Assembly: GCA_023231475.1 (NCBI GenBank)
Contig: JALJEE010002091.1
Location: 1-38,194, forward strand
Length of the DNA: 38,194 nucleotides
Direction: 5' to 3'
Source: Seison nebaliae
Lineage: Eukaryota
In this document: piece after piece, positions 9,190 to 21,563 of the stretch
Position numbering within the stretch: position 1 is the first letter of the stretch
How the letters are laid out: each line of letters opens with the position of its first letter
The notes under the pieces: model-generated
Database searches by the model: none
Seen by the model: the letters and a program-made list of their open reading frames with translations, nothing else
What the model was told of the DNA's origin: nothing
Position numbers and translations under genes: made by a program

Positions 9190-12039
9190 CGTTACCACGT
9201 AGATGAGAGAGGATTATATAAACGGAGGAATGTGAGTATTAATTTGCATTCGTATGTAGCTAATGCTTTTCTAACTACCAAAATTCTCCTCAAAATGTTT
9301 ACTAAATCTGTCTATTGGTGGATCATCACATTAACATAACAATTCGCCGATATAATCTCTCCGTTTGCCTTTGTTTTTCTTCCAAAATTATTTAGAGAAC
9401 TGGAATAACATCCAGTGTTAGCTACTTCTATTATCTTCAGACAATACTTGCCGAAATCATTGCACATGAATATTTCGAAGAAAATATTTTGAAAAAGATC
9501 AAAAATAAATTCGAAAAAATAAACATTATTATTGAGTTGTGTAGATGAATCAAATATTATTGTACATATAAAAAAATGATAAATTTTTGATTTTCATCCG
9601 AATGGATATATCGGATTAATGAAATTAAATGAAGTTAATTATCGACAGTTCTCTCCATTCCATTTCCCCAGGACATAAAAATCAGACAACATAAAATTTA
9701 TGAATCAATTCCAATTAATCGAATGGAAAGAAATTCGTTTCCGTTCTGATGAATTTCTATGGATTTTCGTCAATTTTATGGAATTTGACGGCTTCAATTA
9801 ATGTGTCAATATGACACCAATTTGAAATTAATCTACTATAACAGACCTGGTAGGAGTTGTAGGGAAAATATTTGTGGGGAAACTATCGAGTAATTGGTAA
9901 AGATGGGTCTACAATTCTGATGAATTTTACCTTCGAAGACAGATGTTTATATATCCTTAGAAGACGGTCGATTAGAAATGGAAAGAAAGCATTTAATTTT
10001 CTTTTATTTGGCATCATTCCGAGAATTGTTGATATAAAAGGTCAAGATAAAGAACTCTCAAGTCGGCAGTGTAATTTTGTTTGTGAGAGAGGAATTAAAG
10101 TAGAATTGTGCTCATTCTGTTTTGAGTGAAGGATAATCGAATATAATTATTGTGCGTATTAAAGTCGAATTCTTCTTTTCAAATATTTATGAATAACAGA
10201 ATTACGATATACATATAAATATGCCGAGCGCTAATCCTTCTCCTATTTCTACATTTACCATCGACTAATACAATGAGGGTAAAAGAAAATGGTACGAATA
10301 AAGAAGAAGAAGACGAAGAGGTTACATAACACGTGTTGTATGACTGTAAGAAATCGTTAATGATGATGATAGAACTCGAGGTATAACATTCTCGGATATG
10401 ATGGTAGTTGTTGTAACAATCTCTCCGTTGTTTCTTTTGAAGGAAAGAATAAGAAATTTCATGGCTTAACAAATAATCTCATTTCTCTTATTTCAGTTTT
10501 GAAACGGAATTCTTCGATTCCGCTCCATCCTAATATGAGTTTGCCATTCGGTTTATTGAGGGACGTATATTGTTGATTCAGATAATTTGTATAATCTATT
10601 AGAATATTTGCAGGAAGATATTATATTTAATAAATCTCCTAATGGGAATAACAACGACGGAATGTCATTACCTCCTTCCGTCATCACATTATGATGATCA
10701 GGTAACAATAACCATATTTTGGTTCGATAGAAGATAGTTAGACAAATTTTCCTAAAAAAAGTTGAGTTGATGAAAAAATTTAAATAAATTGACATGTGAA
10801 GATGTTATTGGAGAATGAGGAACTGAAATAAACAAATGATGATTTGATGATTGGGAATTGGATAATCTTATAAGATAATACATTAACACATATTATGCAC
10901 ATATTATTCATAAGTGAACATAAAAAAGTTTGATTTATATGATGACGATTGTATGATGATGATGAAATGATTAGAGATGGATCCGAAAGGAGAGAAAGTG
11001 AAAAAAATAAATATGTTGAGGAGGAATTGTCTTTGTGTTTTATGTGTGTGCGTCTTATGGACCTTCTCGATAGAGATTTATTATTTTCTTTCAGTCCGAA
11101 ATGTCATCACGAAAAGAGAGAATGTTGAAAAGCTAATAAGGATAAAATCGGTTGGAAATGGGATGGATGGGAGACATATGCGAGCAATTGTTATCAGAAG
11201 CTAAGCATCAAAACTGAATAGTTGGAATTGTAGTAGTATTAGATAATATTAATGAATTGTGAATGGGAAACTAATTCGGAGGAGAATGACAGTTCGGAAT
11301 GACTAACGTAAATGAATGATCCCATCTAACATTCATTCCTTCTCATTATTCTCATCTTCATAGACGGAAACGATATTGAATAAACATTTTCCTTTGGCCT
11401 GTCCCAGCTGTACATACTTTTCATAAGAATTGCACAAACGGATGAATGTTATTCCGCCATCAGAAGAAGAAAGAAACAGGGTAATATCAAATTAGTTAAG
11501 TGAAATATTTTCATTTTTTAACGACTCACAGTTCGTCGAAGCCGTTTCTTAGTCAGTTGGCAGCTTAAGCGAATAATGGGGGAGAGGAAGAAAGACCTCA
11601 CAATCATATATGTGAGAGAAATGTTGGCGGAGGAATTATAAATCAAAAATATGCAAATTCGATCACCTACCATCATTAACATAATTGTATATAATACGAA
11701 TCTATCTGTCTCTCTTAATTAGATAACATATCAACTAAATATATCATCAAAGGGAATTCGAATTATTTCATACCATTTTAAATCAGCGACGTTTCACTCC
11801 AACTCTTTCCGATTTGCTCGTTCAATGTCAACTCGTGCACATTGCTTTTCTCGGGTGGAGTGTATGTTGATGGAGTGGCAGATTGAGGGGGAGAAATGGC
11901 GAATACAATTGTAGGGACATGCTAAAGACTTCTGTCAATTGGTTTTGCTTAAAGGAAAAAGAAGGAAAATTGAAGATGAAGAACTGATTGTTCTCCGCCT
12001 CTGAATATTATAAGAGTCACTCCAATTCCATATAGGCGG

Positions 12040-12060
12040 ATATATATATATATATATATA
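12040..12060. repeat. (AT)n microsatellite followed by low-complexity (AAT)-rich sequence
   Basis: About 10 AT units, then aataaataataattataatg-type repeats. Confidence 0.9.
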
Positions 12061-13136
12061 AATAAATAATAATTATAATGAAATAATAATTATAATGATG
12101 ATAATCATAATCAAGATGATGGTGGTGAGGAGGAATATATATACATATATATATATCTATGTATAATTCCCTACATATACATATCATAAGAAAATCATTT
12201 AATTACGAAGAAAAAACATATTAATTATATAATATGAGATTTCTTATGGAGTCGTGCAGTTGAATATGGAGGGAAATAATTAAAAATTATTTATAATTCT
12301 TCCAGCACATTATTCCATATTATGTTATGTGGAGTGCTTACATCATTCTTCAGATATCATCACTTTCAAGCAATGTAGACGAATTGTTAATTTGCGCTCA
12401 TATTTGTGCACATGTACATAAGTCGAAGAAGATTGCCAACAACTGATAAATAAACAGTACAATTCTCTTTCTCATTATATGATTAGCTTGTCCTCCTATA
12501 TGACGACGAACGACGACGTTCAACAGCTGCAACGATTCATTTTAATAAAATTTATTATTCTTACAATGCACATTCCCATCAATCATTCTCCATGTATCAT
12601 ATGGATTTAAGTGACCCGACAGTCAACATGTAAAACACCAAAAGATACTTTTCACCATTATCAATATATTCAAATTTCTATTTACAAATCATTCGAATTA
12701 ATATTCTCTCCTCCTTCCATCACTTCATCTAAATGTGACATAACTTCCATAAAATTTCCTTAATGCAACTAATTAAGGAGAATATTGTCATAAATCAACT
12801 TTTTCTTAACAATTCACGTCATCATCTGATGAGAAGATTTTTGAGAAATTCCATAAGTTTTATTCGGAAAATTAATGAGAAAAAGAAAATCATTCCAATG
12901 ATGGAAGTGGAAAATTTACAGGAATCTTCTCCTTCCCAAACATACCAATATCAATTCATGTAAGTACAAAATAAATATCGGCAATTCATAATTCTGATGT
13001 TTGTTAGTGAACGATTGAGATAACAGATATGTCTGATTGGAAAGATTCATGCGAACGAGAGAAAGGAAATTGCATTCTCCCCAACAATTCATCGATTGTT
13101 TGTTGACTGAGAAAACACTTACGGCTCGTCCGTCAT

Positions 13137-14400
13137 TCAATCATTCTCGCTCATTTTCATGTGGATCATTTGCACAAACGAGTTATGTTCATTTCCTTCA
13201 TCACCTTCACCGACTCCTTCTCCCATACCGAACAATAAATCGATGACCTTCCACCACACATAAAATACAATTCCTCTCAAATACTAAAGTGAACTTGGAA
13301 GTTTCTCGATACTTCATACGCCGCCAGAATTGAAGTTACACAAATCCCGATATTATGATTAGCCATCGTTTTAATACAATTCGCTAATCTTGCTAATTTC
13401 TGACGAGTTTCCAAATCGATAGGCTGAAATAAATTGAAATTAACATTTAAATTTAAATAATCGAAATATAATAAAAAAAAATTTAAAAAACTTCACAATT
13501 CTGAGCGAATCCTTTACATTCCATGGCTGTATGTTTTGTGGAGTAGATCCATATCCATCCATTAAGCCCTAAAAAAATCTTCGTCGTCAAACTTGGATCA
13601 TAAACAACTAACCGATAATTAGAGAGAGGCCCATCGGCAATGAATGGACATGTTGTTTCCGTCGTTGAATTAAAGATGGTGAGATTTGTATAAGAATTCC
13701 TTGTCCTAACTTTTTTTTAAATGATTTTACGAATTAGCAAAAAGGAGAAAAATTAGAACTTTCCCACATTTGGCATTTCTCGTATGAATATTTATATTTC
13801 CATGAGTATTCACCGTTTTTATTTCAGCCTATTGACAAAAATGATTAATCGATGAAAGAGAGAAAGAAGATAGAACACAAATTAAATCGTCATCTCTCAA
13901 ATAACTTCTCATTGTTAACTCATCTTCTTTTTGACGAATTCTCTGAAAAGTTGAAAAAATTATAATTTATTTAAATAATTTAAACTTGTTCGCCACCAGG
14001 TAAATTCATCGCCGTAATTGTCAGATAAGCTGATTGACGAGCATTAATATTGACTTTCCATCGATGCATGTCAATCGAAATGACACGTCCAATAACAACA
14101 TCTCCAACTTCAGCAAAATATCTTCGAAAAAAACTTGATGACAAGAAATTTTCGAAAAACCGGAAAAACCTCGTCTTTAACGGTTTCACATAAATCAGTT
14201 TATTTACACGTTGCACCGTTCCTGCCAACGATGCGAACATACATTTCTTATCATCAAAATACGTTCCATGTCCACTGATAATTTGAATTAACAAAAATTA
14301 AACTGCGGAGAATTAAATTAAATTACCTGAGATATTGAGTGTCCGCTGTAATCATATTACCCGGAACAACAATTCGAACATCTTCTTGTCTTTTCGCCAT
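13137..14400 (-). CDS. EXOSC2: Exosome complex component RRP4 (9 exons)
   Basis: Spliced: MAKRQEDVRIVVPGNMITADTQYLSGHGTY...ASLAGTVQRVNKLIYVKPLKTRYFAEVGDVVIGRV...WKVNINARQ...NLPGGEQRIR...DDLICAEI...HTR...GKLGQGILI...IIGLNGWIWI...RQKLARLANCI. Eight short GT-AG introns; the last exon is the least certain. Confidence 0.92.
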
Positions 14401-14794
14401 TTTCCCACATGAAATTTTACCCAAGCCAAATTATTCAAATAATCAAATTTTTTCCCTTAACTTTATTACCATTTTTTTTCGGAAAAAATTCAACAAACAA
14501 CAAATTTTCTTCACCATCACTAATTTCCACTTAGCGACGATAAATAATTTGATGGAACATCAATTCGGATTGATGTTTGATAATTGTTGTTGTTCAATGT
14601 TTGACGACGAAGAATAAATTTATTTGAAATTTCTAATGTCTGATTTAAATGAAAAAGCAGTACTCAACATTTATTTTGGGACGAGATAGAAAAATTTCTG
14701 CAAACTATTTAATGGGATGGGAAGATTAAACTAAAAAATATAAAGTTTCTAGAATTATTAATTCGATCATCATATACCGTAGACGTAAACGAAA

Positions 14795-15972
14795 TTAATA
14801 TACATGATTTGCTACGTATTGCGATTCGGTTGCTGCACTGCCACCAATTCCACCAGCATATTTTCCCATAGATGCTTCGCTGTTAGCTTTAGCTCGTTTC
14901 TCCAATTCGACATGAGCCTTCGCCACATTTTCTGCTTTTCCACCCCAAGCTGATGTTGCACTTCCCTGTAATGCGCGAGCAAAGGAGAATGTCAATGCCC
15001 ATGGCCGTCTAGCTGGTACTCGATTAATTTCATTTAACATTACGCTCGCATTCTCTTCCGATTGGCCACCAGACAAGAAAACTACTCCAGGTACAGCTGG
15101 TGGTACATGTCTCATTAAAGCGGTGACAGTCGCCAATGCAGCTTGTGGAGGTGTCACCGTTTTCGAATAAGATGCACCAGGTGTGCACATATTTGGTTTC
15201 AATAAAGTACCCTCCAAGAAAACATTATGATCAGCCAAAGCTTTGTAAACGAACGCCAAAGTATCTTCAGTAACTCGTTGACATGTTTCCAAATCATGAC
15301 TTCCATCGGTTAAGACCTCCGGTTCTACTATCGGCACTAATCCGTTCATCTGGCAAATGGAAGCGTATCGTGCTAAAACCGTTGCATTTTCCATCATGGA
15401 TAAATACGAATTTTTCTTTGTCCCAATTCTGATCACAGATCGCCATTTTGCAAAATCACAACCGCCTGCTTTATATTCTGCACATCGTTTGCCTAAATCA
15501 TCGAGACCTTGGGTGGTCGTTTCTTCGTCCGTTCCTAACAATTGTACCATTCCTTTGTCCACTTTGATACCAGCGAGAATACCTTTATTTTTCAAGTATT
15601 GTGGAATTTGTGTGCCGTCATCAGCTTTTTGTCGGAATGTTTCGTCATATAATATTACTCCACTCACATAATCAGCAATATTGGCACTGAATAACATCAT
15701 ACGGAATTGACGTCGATTCTCTTCAGTATTTTCCATTCCAATCGGTTTCAATCGTTTTTCACATGTTCCCGTCGATTCATCACAAGCAAAAATGCCATGA
15801 CCTTCACGAACTAGATGTGAAGCGATTCTTGCTAATTCTTTTTGTTGATCGATCGTTAAATAACTGGGTCGTTTACAATCCGAAAAAATCCTAAAAGAGA
15901 ATTAAATTAGAATTAAGATTAGAATCATTAAAACGGTGGGGGTGGTCCTGTTGTACGTTTTTTAGTCGCCAT
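14795..15972 (-). CDS. ALDO: Fructose-bisphosphate aldolase, class I
   Basis: [28 protein letters not shown], Schiff-base Lys in [16 protein letters not shown]-terminal NHVY. Exon 1 15972-15935, intron 15934-15891, exon 2 15890-14795. Confidence 0.97.
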
Positions 15973-16260
15973 AATTGAATAATTTGCGGAACGGTTAAAT
16001 TAAAGAGAACAGGAAGCAAATCAAAAACAAAAGTAAAAGAGAAAAAATGAATTTTGAGGAGTCATTCAATTCGAAAAAATTTCAAGTTTTCATATTTATG
16101 TCTATTGGAAATTAGGATTGAGTTTATCTTTTCATCACACATATTAACGAAAAATAATAATACTAACGATACGGGAGCTAATTTCGACATGTTTGGTAGT
16201 GAATCTGAAAGAAAATTAAATAGATATCTGCGTCAATGAAAAACAAATGGTTTAATAATC

Positions 16261-16337
16261 ATTAATTCAATGAAATGTTCAATTATTTAAAAGAATATTC
16301 AATTAATTCAATGGAATGTTCAAATTATTTTAAGAAT
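16261..16337. repeat. Two-copy imperfect tandem duplication (~41-bp period) just 3' of TTC21B
   Basis: attaattcaatgaaatgttcaattatttaaaagaata vs attaattcaatggaatgttcaaattattttaagaata. Confidence 0.75.
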
Positions 16338-16360
16338 AGTCTCCAAGTTTCAAAAGTAGT

Positions 16361-19300
16361 TTAAGTTCGAAGACGTTCTCTTGCTTTAGTGAGTATTTCA
16401 GTTTGAATTTTCTTCCGTAAATCTTTATGATTTTCACTAACATAATTGCAAGTGTCAATACAATCGGTATATCTCTCAGCCTGCAAATAATTTAGAGCCA
16501 AACTGTAGCCAACTTGTGGTTGATTCTTCCTTCCAAATTTCCAAGCCATTTCATAATATTTAGCGGCTTCTATATAATTCTTCTTTTGTTGCATCATCTG
16601 CCCAAGATATTCGTATGCTTTCGTGTTACACTTATTAAATTCGAGAACACGTTCACATAGTTTACGACATTGTTCGATATCGCCATCGGAGAAATATTGG
16701 AATGCCAATTTCAACCAAGCCTTTTCAATATCATCAGCATCGGTTGGATTCCATTGAATTTGTTCTAAATTCTCTAGAATTTCTAAAGCTTCTCGATTTT
16801 TGTTGAGATGTTGTAATGCTTCCGATCTCGCCACTTGAATCGATACGTTATTCGGATGTTTCTCCAACAATTCTTCGAGATTGACAAGTGCCTGTTTCGT
16901 ATCGTCTGCTTTCTTCAAATGCATCAGACAATATGCACGAGTCACTTGATATGGAATATCATTATCTTTATCATCGATAGATGCCAAAAGATTAGCCGCT
17001 GTTTCTTGTGCCAATAAATTTGAATCGAATTTTCCTTTCGATGTAAATCGTTCCTCGTCTGCAGGACTGGCATGAATCTCATTATCTCGATTCAAACAAA
17101 TTTGAGCCATTTGGACAACTGCCTGTCGAATATATTCTTTATCTTGACGACAATGATTGAAATTGATAAGAGCCTCAGTTGGATTACATCCCAATTTATG
17201 ATAAAGTCCATGAGCATAATTAAAACCGGCATCATCTCGACAACGCGGATTCATTTTCTCTGTTGTTGCAATAAATTGACTGACGTCTTCAATTCGTCCA
17301 GCATGATACATTAGTACGACTAATGTTTGAAGTGCGATATAATTATCAGATTTTTTCTCTAAAATTTTTTGAAAATCAGTCAGAGCAGCATCAGCTTCTC
17401 CTTTCCGAAATTGCACGTTCGCATTCAACATTTTCGCTTCTACATTCGATTCGTCACGTTTCAATAACGTATAAACAACTTGACGACAACGATCGAGATT
17501 ATTCTGAGCTAGATAAGCCTTAGCCAATAATAGGTGTGCTTGTGAATCCATATCAGAATAAACAATCGCTTCTTTATACATTTTTATAGCACTATCGAAA
17601 TTTCTGACACGTTCAAAAAGAATTCCGATATCTTTACACAAATCAGCAGCCATCTGATTATATAACGGTAATTGATCGGACGACATCATTTGTGCTTTCT
17701 TTATCACTCGATCTTGACGTTGTAACGCCTTTTCCATATACATCAATTGCTTCTCGATGTTTCCTTTCTGACCAATAATTTCCGATGATAATTTTAGACA
17801 TTTCGTTTGACATATCAAATTCGTTATATTTGGATCGTCATGTTCCAGTGCTGTATTGATGACTTTATCTGCTTCACGTAATTGATCTAATTTGAAGAAG
17901 AGATTTGCTAAATCATATCTCAATTCATCCATATGTCCGATTTTAATTGCAACTTCATAATATGAAATTGCTTTCCCATAATTATGAGCTTTGACTAAAG
18001 CCCCGCCAATTTTTTTCGCTAATAATGAATCTCGTGGATTCTTTTTCAACGCCGTTTCATACATTTTTATCGCTTTTCCTGGTTGTACAATTTTCATATA
18101 AGCATCACCACATAATATCTTCGTATACGGTTCTGATGATTGTTCATCCAATTCCAAATACGTGTTAATATAAGCATTTTTGTCATTCTTCTTTTCCAAA
18201 TATATTCGTGCTAAACGTTCTCGAGCGTCTACGTAATAAGTTTGATTAGATTGAATTCTCTTCAACATATTGATAGCTACATCAGTATTACCTCTTGATA
18301 ATGTTAAATCAACGTTCTTTATCAAAATTCGGGCTTCTTCACCTGTCCCTTTAAACCGTTGAACGGCATGATTAACCGCTTCTTCGGCATTTATGAAATC
18401 TTTTTGTAATAATCGAATATCGACCAATTCTAAATATAAATCTGCTTTGTCTTGTTCACGAAGTGGAAGTCCACCTATAACCGACGTACCATTCTTTTTC
18501 ACTTCAGCAGAACTCAACGCTTGTTCAATTAATTGTCCAGCGTCAGTCAAACGGTTTTGTTCTTTAAATACTCTCGTTCGAATTAACATAAATAAGGGAT
18601 GTGATTTCAAATGGAAATTACTACTTAGCGCGTCTTGTAACGATTGTTCGACTTTGGCATAATCATCGGAAGCCAAATGAATTTGAGCTAATAGAACATG
18701 AGCAGGAACAAAACCATTTTCTCGTTCTAATGTTTGAGCTAAAAGAAGTTTTGCACCTTCACGATCACCAGATAAAAATCTCACTTGACTCACCATAAAC
18801 AAAGCATCTTGATAACCAGGTAAAACTTGAATTAATTGTTCTAAAGAAGTCACACATTTTTGAAGTAAGGCTGATGGTCGTTGACCTTGTTCGACCGGTC
18901 TTGGTGGTGCAAACTCCAAAATTTGTCCGATAACTTCCATCACAAAATCAGCATTCAATTCTTGAATGAATTCTTTCCCAAACAATATTTTCTTGACCGA
19001 CGCAAAATGTTCTTGTAACGTCTCCTCGTAATGACGTACAACTTTCTCCGTTGTCAAATTGTTGTTATTAGTCGTGTTTTTTTGCAATTTGCCTTTGGCA
19101 ATTTGTGCACGTAAAAATGAGATTTGTGCGGCTGTCGTTCCGGAAGTGGAAACTTTGAGAAAATTCAATTGTGATTCGGCCTGATCGTAATTCTCTTTGA
19201 GAACGTGACATTTGAGAATTCCGATAATAATATCGACATCTGATGAATCGATTTCTTTCCCACTTTCAAATAAACTCAATGCGTCATTAATATTATCGTG

Positions 19301-20341
19301 AGATTTCGAATAATCCGATTTGTCTTTCATTAAACAAATACGTCCACGTTCGAGGAAAACGTCGATCGATTTCGGTCTTAATCTACCCGCACTCACTAAC
19401 ATTCCTTCACATTTCTCAAGTATATTTGAATTTCGACCGCAAATTCGGCTAAATAATCGAGCCGTGTCCAAATAAAGCCAGAAATTGGTCCCTTCTCGTT
19501 TATTGATGATGTCGCACGTTTTCCCCAAGTGTTGTGCAGCCAAACTGAGACTACTCTCCTTACAAATTGAGTAGAGGACTTTATATCTCATAGCTTCGAT
19601 ACAATCATCATCAATATCTAAACATCGATTAGCAACTTCGATCATTTGCTCCCAATCCTTATCAGCTAATTTCAATTTCATCTTTTCTATAACAGCTGGT
19701 AAGAAGTCTTTATTCTTCACCAGAACTCTATCGACAGCTTCTTGAGCATCAGAACTTCTACTCTGTGCTTGGAGACATGTTGCATGACCAAACAATGCGT
19801 CGATATAAGATCCATTTAATTTCAACGCTTCTTCGAAACAACGTGCCGCTCTTTCAATATCATTCGTTAATTTCAATTCTACCCATCCTAATAATGATAA
19901 CGCTTCGAAATGATTATTCGATTTAGCTGCTCTTTCCAAATAAGGTTTCGCTTCTTTCTCCTCCTTTAATATATAAAGTGCTAAGCCCCCAAAAAATAAT
20001 GCATTCTCTTCAGTCGTTCGTTTTATCTCACTGATTTGTTGTTCTAATCGTCCTATCTCATCACGATCTCCTGCTGATCCGAATTGTTTCTGTGCAATCA
20101 ACATCCCTAAATTAGCGCCGAGACTCACTTCTATATTTGCCGATGCTAATGATGACAATTCTTTCAATGCCTCATGTTTCTTATCAATTCCAACGTGTGC
20201 TAAACCACGAAATAACTTCGCTGTCGAGTCGTTGCCATAGCGACGTTGAGAATCGATGGCTGTAGCTAAAGCATTCCCATAAAAATAGTTTCTTGAATAA
20301 TAGATGAATTCTGATATTAATGTTGTATCAGAACTTGCCAT
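16361..20341 (-). CDS. TTC21B: Tetratricopeptide repeat protein 21 / IFT139 (IFT-A subunit), intronless
   Basis: 1326-aa TPR protein with family motifs FLPAVIEKMKLKLA..DWEQ, FSRICGR, GDAYMKI..P.KAI..YE.AL.KNP.D..LA.KIG.ALVK.H.Y.KAI.YYE, C.KAYEYLG, C-terminal EILTKAR..LRT. Confidence 0.93.
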   Translation of the reverse strand: MASSDTTLISEFIYYSRNYFYGNALATAIDSQRRYGNDSTAKLFRGLAHVGIDKKHEALKELSSLASANIEVSLGANLGMLIAQKQFGSAGDRDEIGRLEQQISEIKRTTEENALFFGGLALYILKEEKEAKPYLERAAKSNNHFEALSLLGWVELKLTNDIERAARCFEEALKLNGSYIDALFGHATCLQAQSRSSDAQEAVDRVLVKNKDFLPAVIEKMKLKLADKDWEQMIEVANRCLDIDDDCIEAMRYKVLYSICKESSLSLAAQHLGKTCDIINKREGTNFWLYLDTARLFSRICGRNSNILEKCEGMLVSAGRLRPKSIDVFLERGRICLMKDKSDYSKSHDNINDALSLFESGKEIDSSDVDIIIGILKCHVLKENYDQAESQLNFLKVSTSGTTAAQISFLRAQIAKGKLQKNTTNNNNLTTEKVVRHYEETLQEHFASVKKILFGKEFIQELNADFVMEVIGQILEFAPPRPVEQGQRPSALLQKCVTSLEQLIQVLPGYQDALFMVSQVRFLSGDREGAKLLLAQTLERENGFVPAHVLLAQIHLASDDYAKVEQSLQDALSSNFHLKSHPLFMLIRTRVFKEQNRLTDAGQLIEQALSSAEVKKNGTSVIGGLPLREQDKADLYLELVDIRLLQKDFINAEEAVNHAVQRFKGTGEEARILIKNVDLTLSRGNTDVAINMLKRIQSNQTYYVDARERLARIYLEKKNDKNAYINTYLELDEQSSEPYTKILCGDAYMKIVQPGKAIKMYETALKKNPRDSLLAKKIGGALVKAHNYGKAISYYEVAIKIGHMDELRYDLANLFFKLDQLREADKVINTALEHDDPNITNLICQTKCLKLSSEIIGQKGNIEKQLMYMEKALQRQDRVIKKAQMMSSDQLPLYNQMAADLCKDIGILFERVRNFDSAIKMYKEAIVYSDMDSQAHLLLAKAYLAQNNLDRCRQVVYTLLKRDESNVEAKMLNANVQFRKGEADAALTDFQKILEKKSDNYIALQTLVVLMYHAGRIEDVSQFIATTEKMNPRCRDDAGFNYAHGLYHKLGCNPTEALINFNHCRQDKEYIRQAVVQMAQICLNRDNEIHASPADEERFTSKGKFDSNLLAQETAANLLASIDDKDNDIPYQVTRAYCLMHLKKADDTKQALVNLEELLEKHPNNVSIQVARSEALQHLNKNREALEILENLEQIQWNPTDADDIEKAWLKLAFQYFSDGDIEQCRKLCERVLEFNKCNTKAYEYLGQMMQQKKNYIEAAKYYEMAWKFGRKNQPQVGYSLALNYLQAERYTDCIDTCNYVSENHKDLRKKIQTEILTKARERLRT

Positions 20342-20603
20342 AATTCCCTTATATATAATCGAATTAATGGAAAAATATTTATCTGTTTTCGGATTATTAT
20401 AATGTGCGTCTGGTGAAGGACGGAATATTCTGCCTTTTAACGAATTTATAGATGGTTAATGACTGTTATCGGACAAATCGGAAAGTTATTCTATTTCATC
20501 TTAATCAATTGAAAACTATTCAAAAAACAATTCTTTCGAATTGACAGCTCTTTTAATGAGAAATTAATCGAATAATTAAATTCACGTTTTTCTCCCATTA
20601 AAA

Positions 20604-21558
20604 ATGACGAAAAAGAAACAAACAAAAAAGTTTGCGACTGTCAAGCGCATGATCAAAATGAGTGATTCCAGAATGTTTATTTTCCATCAATTCTTCTCTT
20701 TATTTCACATTAATTCCAGTTCGAAAGATAAACGAGTAGAATCCGTCAACAATAAGAAAAACAAAAAATTAGGAGAAAAATCCGATGAAATAAAGAAGAT
20801 TGTCATGTTGATGATTTTCATGAATTTATTGAATTTATTATCACATTTTATTTAGAGAAGAAAAGGGTAATGCTTTATTCTTCAATTACAACACTCAATT
20901 GGGTCCGCCCTATCATGTCATTGTCGATACAAATTTCATAAATATTTCCATAAAAAATAAACTGGATATTTATTCAACCATGATGGATTGTATCTATGCC
21001 AAATGTTATTTAGTTTTTCCTCAAAATATAATTGAATTTCTCTCGTCAGGTATTCCCTATGTTACAGATTGTACAATTGCAGAATTGGAGAAATTAGGAC
21101 AAAGATATCGTGTCGCTCTCAAGTTCATTTTGCGTTCATTATTTTATTATTAAATACCTCAAATTCCTTAAGAATAATAAAAGATGATAAATTTAAGAGA
21201 TTACCATGCTCCCATAAAGGAACATATGCCGATGATTGTATAGTACAACGAATTAATGAAGTTTACAATTTTCATCAAAATCTAAAAATTTTTCATAAAT
21301 ATTTTTTGAAATTTTTTTTTTAGTTCAAATGTTATATCGTTGCTACTTGTGATAAGGAATTGCAGAGGAGAATCAGAAAAGTACCTGGTATACCGATCAT
21401 GTCGGTGAAGAGTCGCAAGTTAGAATTTGATAAAATTTATTTCCAAAACTATAAATTCTTTGCATCCGAAAAACAAAATGATGAAATTTAACGATTTTAT
21501 TTTTACTATTCTCAGATATACAGTTGAACGTATGCCTGACGCTTTAGGTATCCGATGA
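20604..21558 (+). CDS. FCF1: rRNA-processing PIN-domain protein FCF1/UTP24 (7 exons)
   Basis: Spliced: [17 protein letters not shown]...[32 protein letters not shown]...[22 protein letters not shown]...[16 protein letters not shown]...[24 protein letters not shown]...[13 protein letters not shown]. Six GT-AG introns. Confidence 0.96.
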
Positions 21559-21563
21559 ATATT

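Noticed and set aside
11392..11570. miR-133-like (tttggcctgtcccagctgt) and miR-22-seed-like (minus strand AAGCTGCC) strings
   Set aside because: Seed mismatch in the first; neither has a complementary arm forming a pre-miRNA hairpin.
11828..11872. Imperfect hairpin tcaac...gtgcac...gtgtat gttga
   Set aside because: Short and G-U rich, with no match to a conserved invertebrate miRNA that I recognise.
9872..13246. Short ORFs in the long intergenic block
   Set aside because: No recognisable motifs, AT-biased composition and no consistent splice model.
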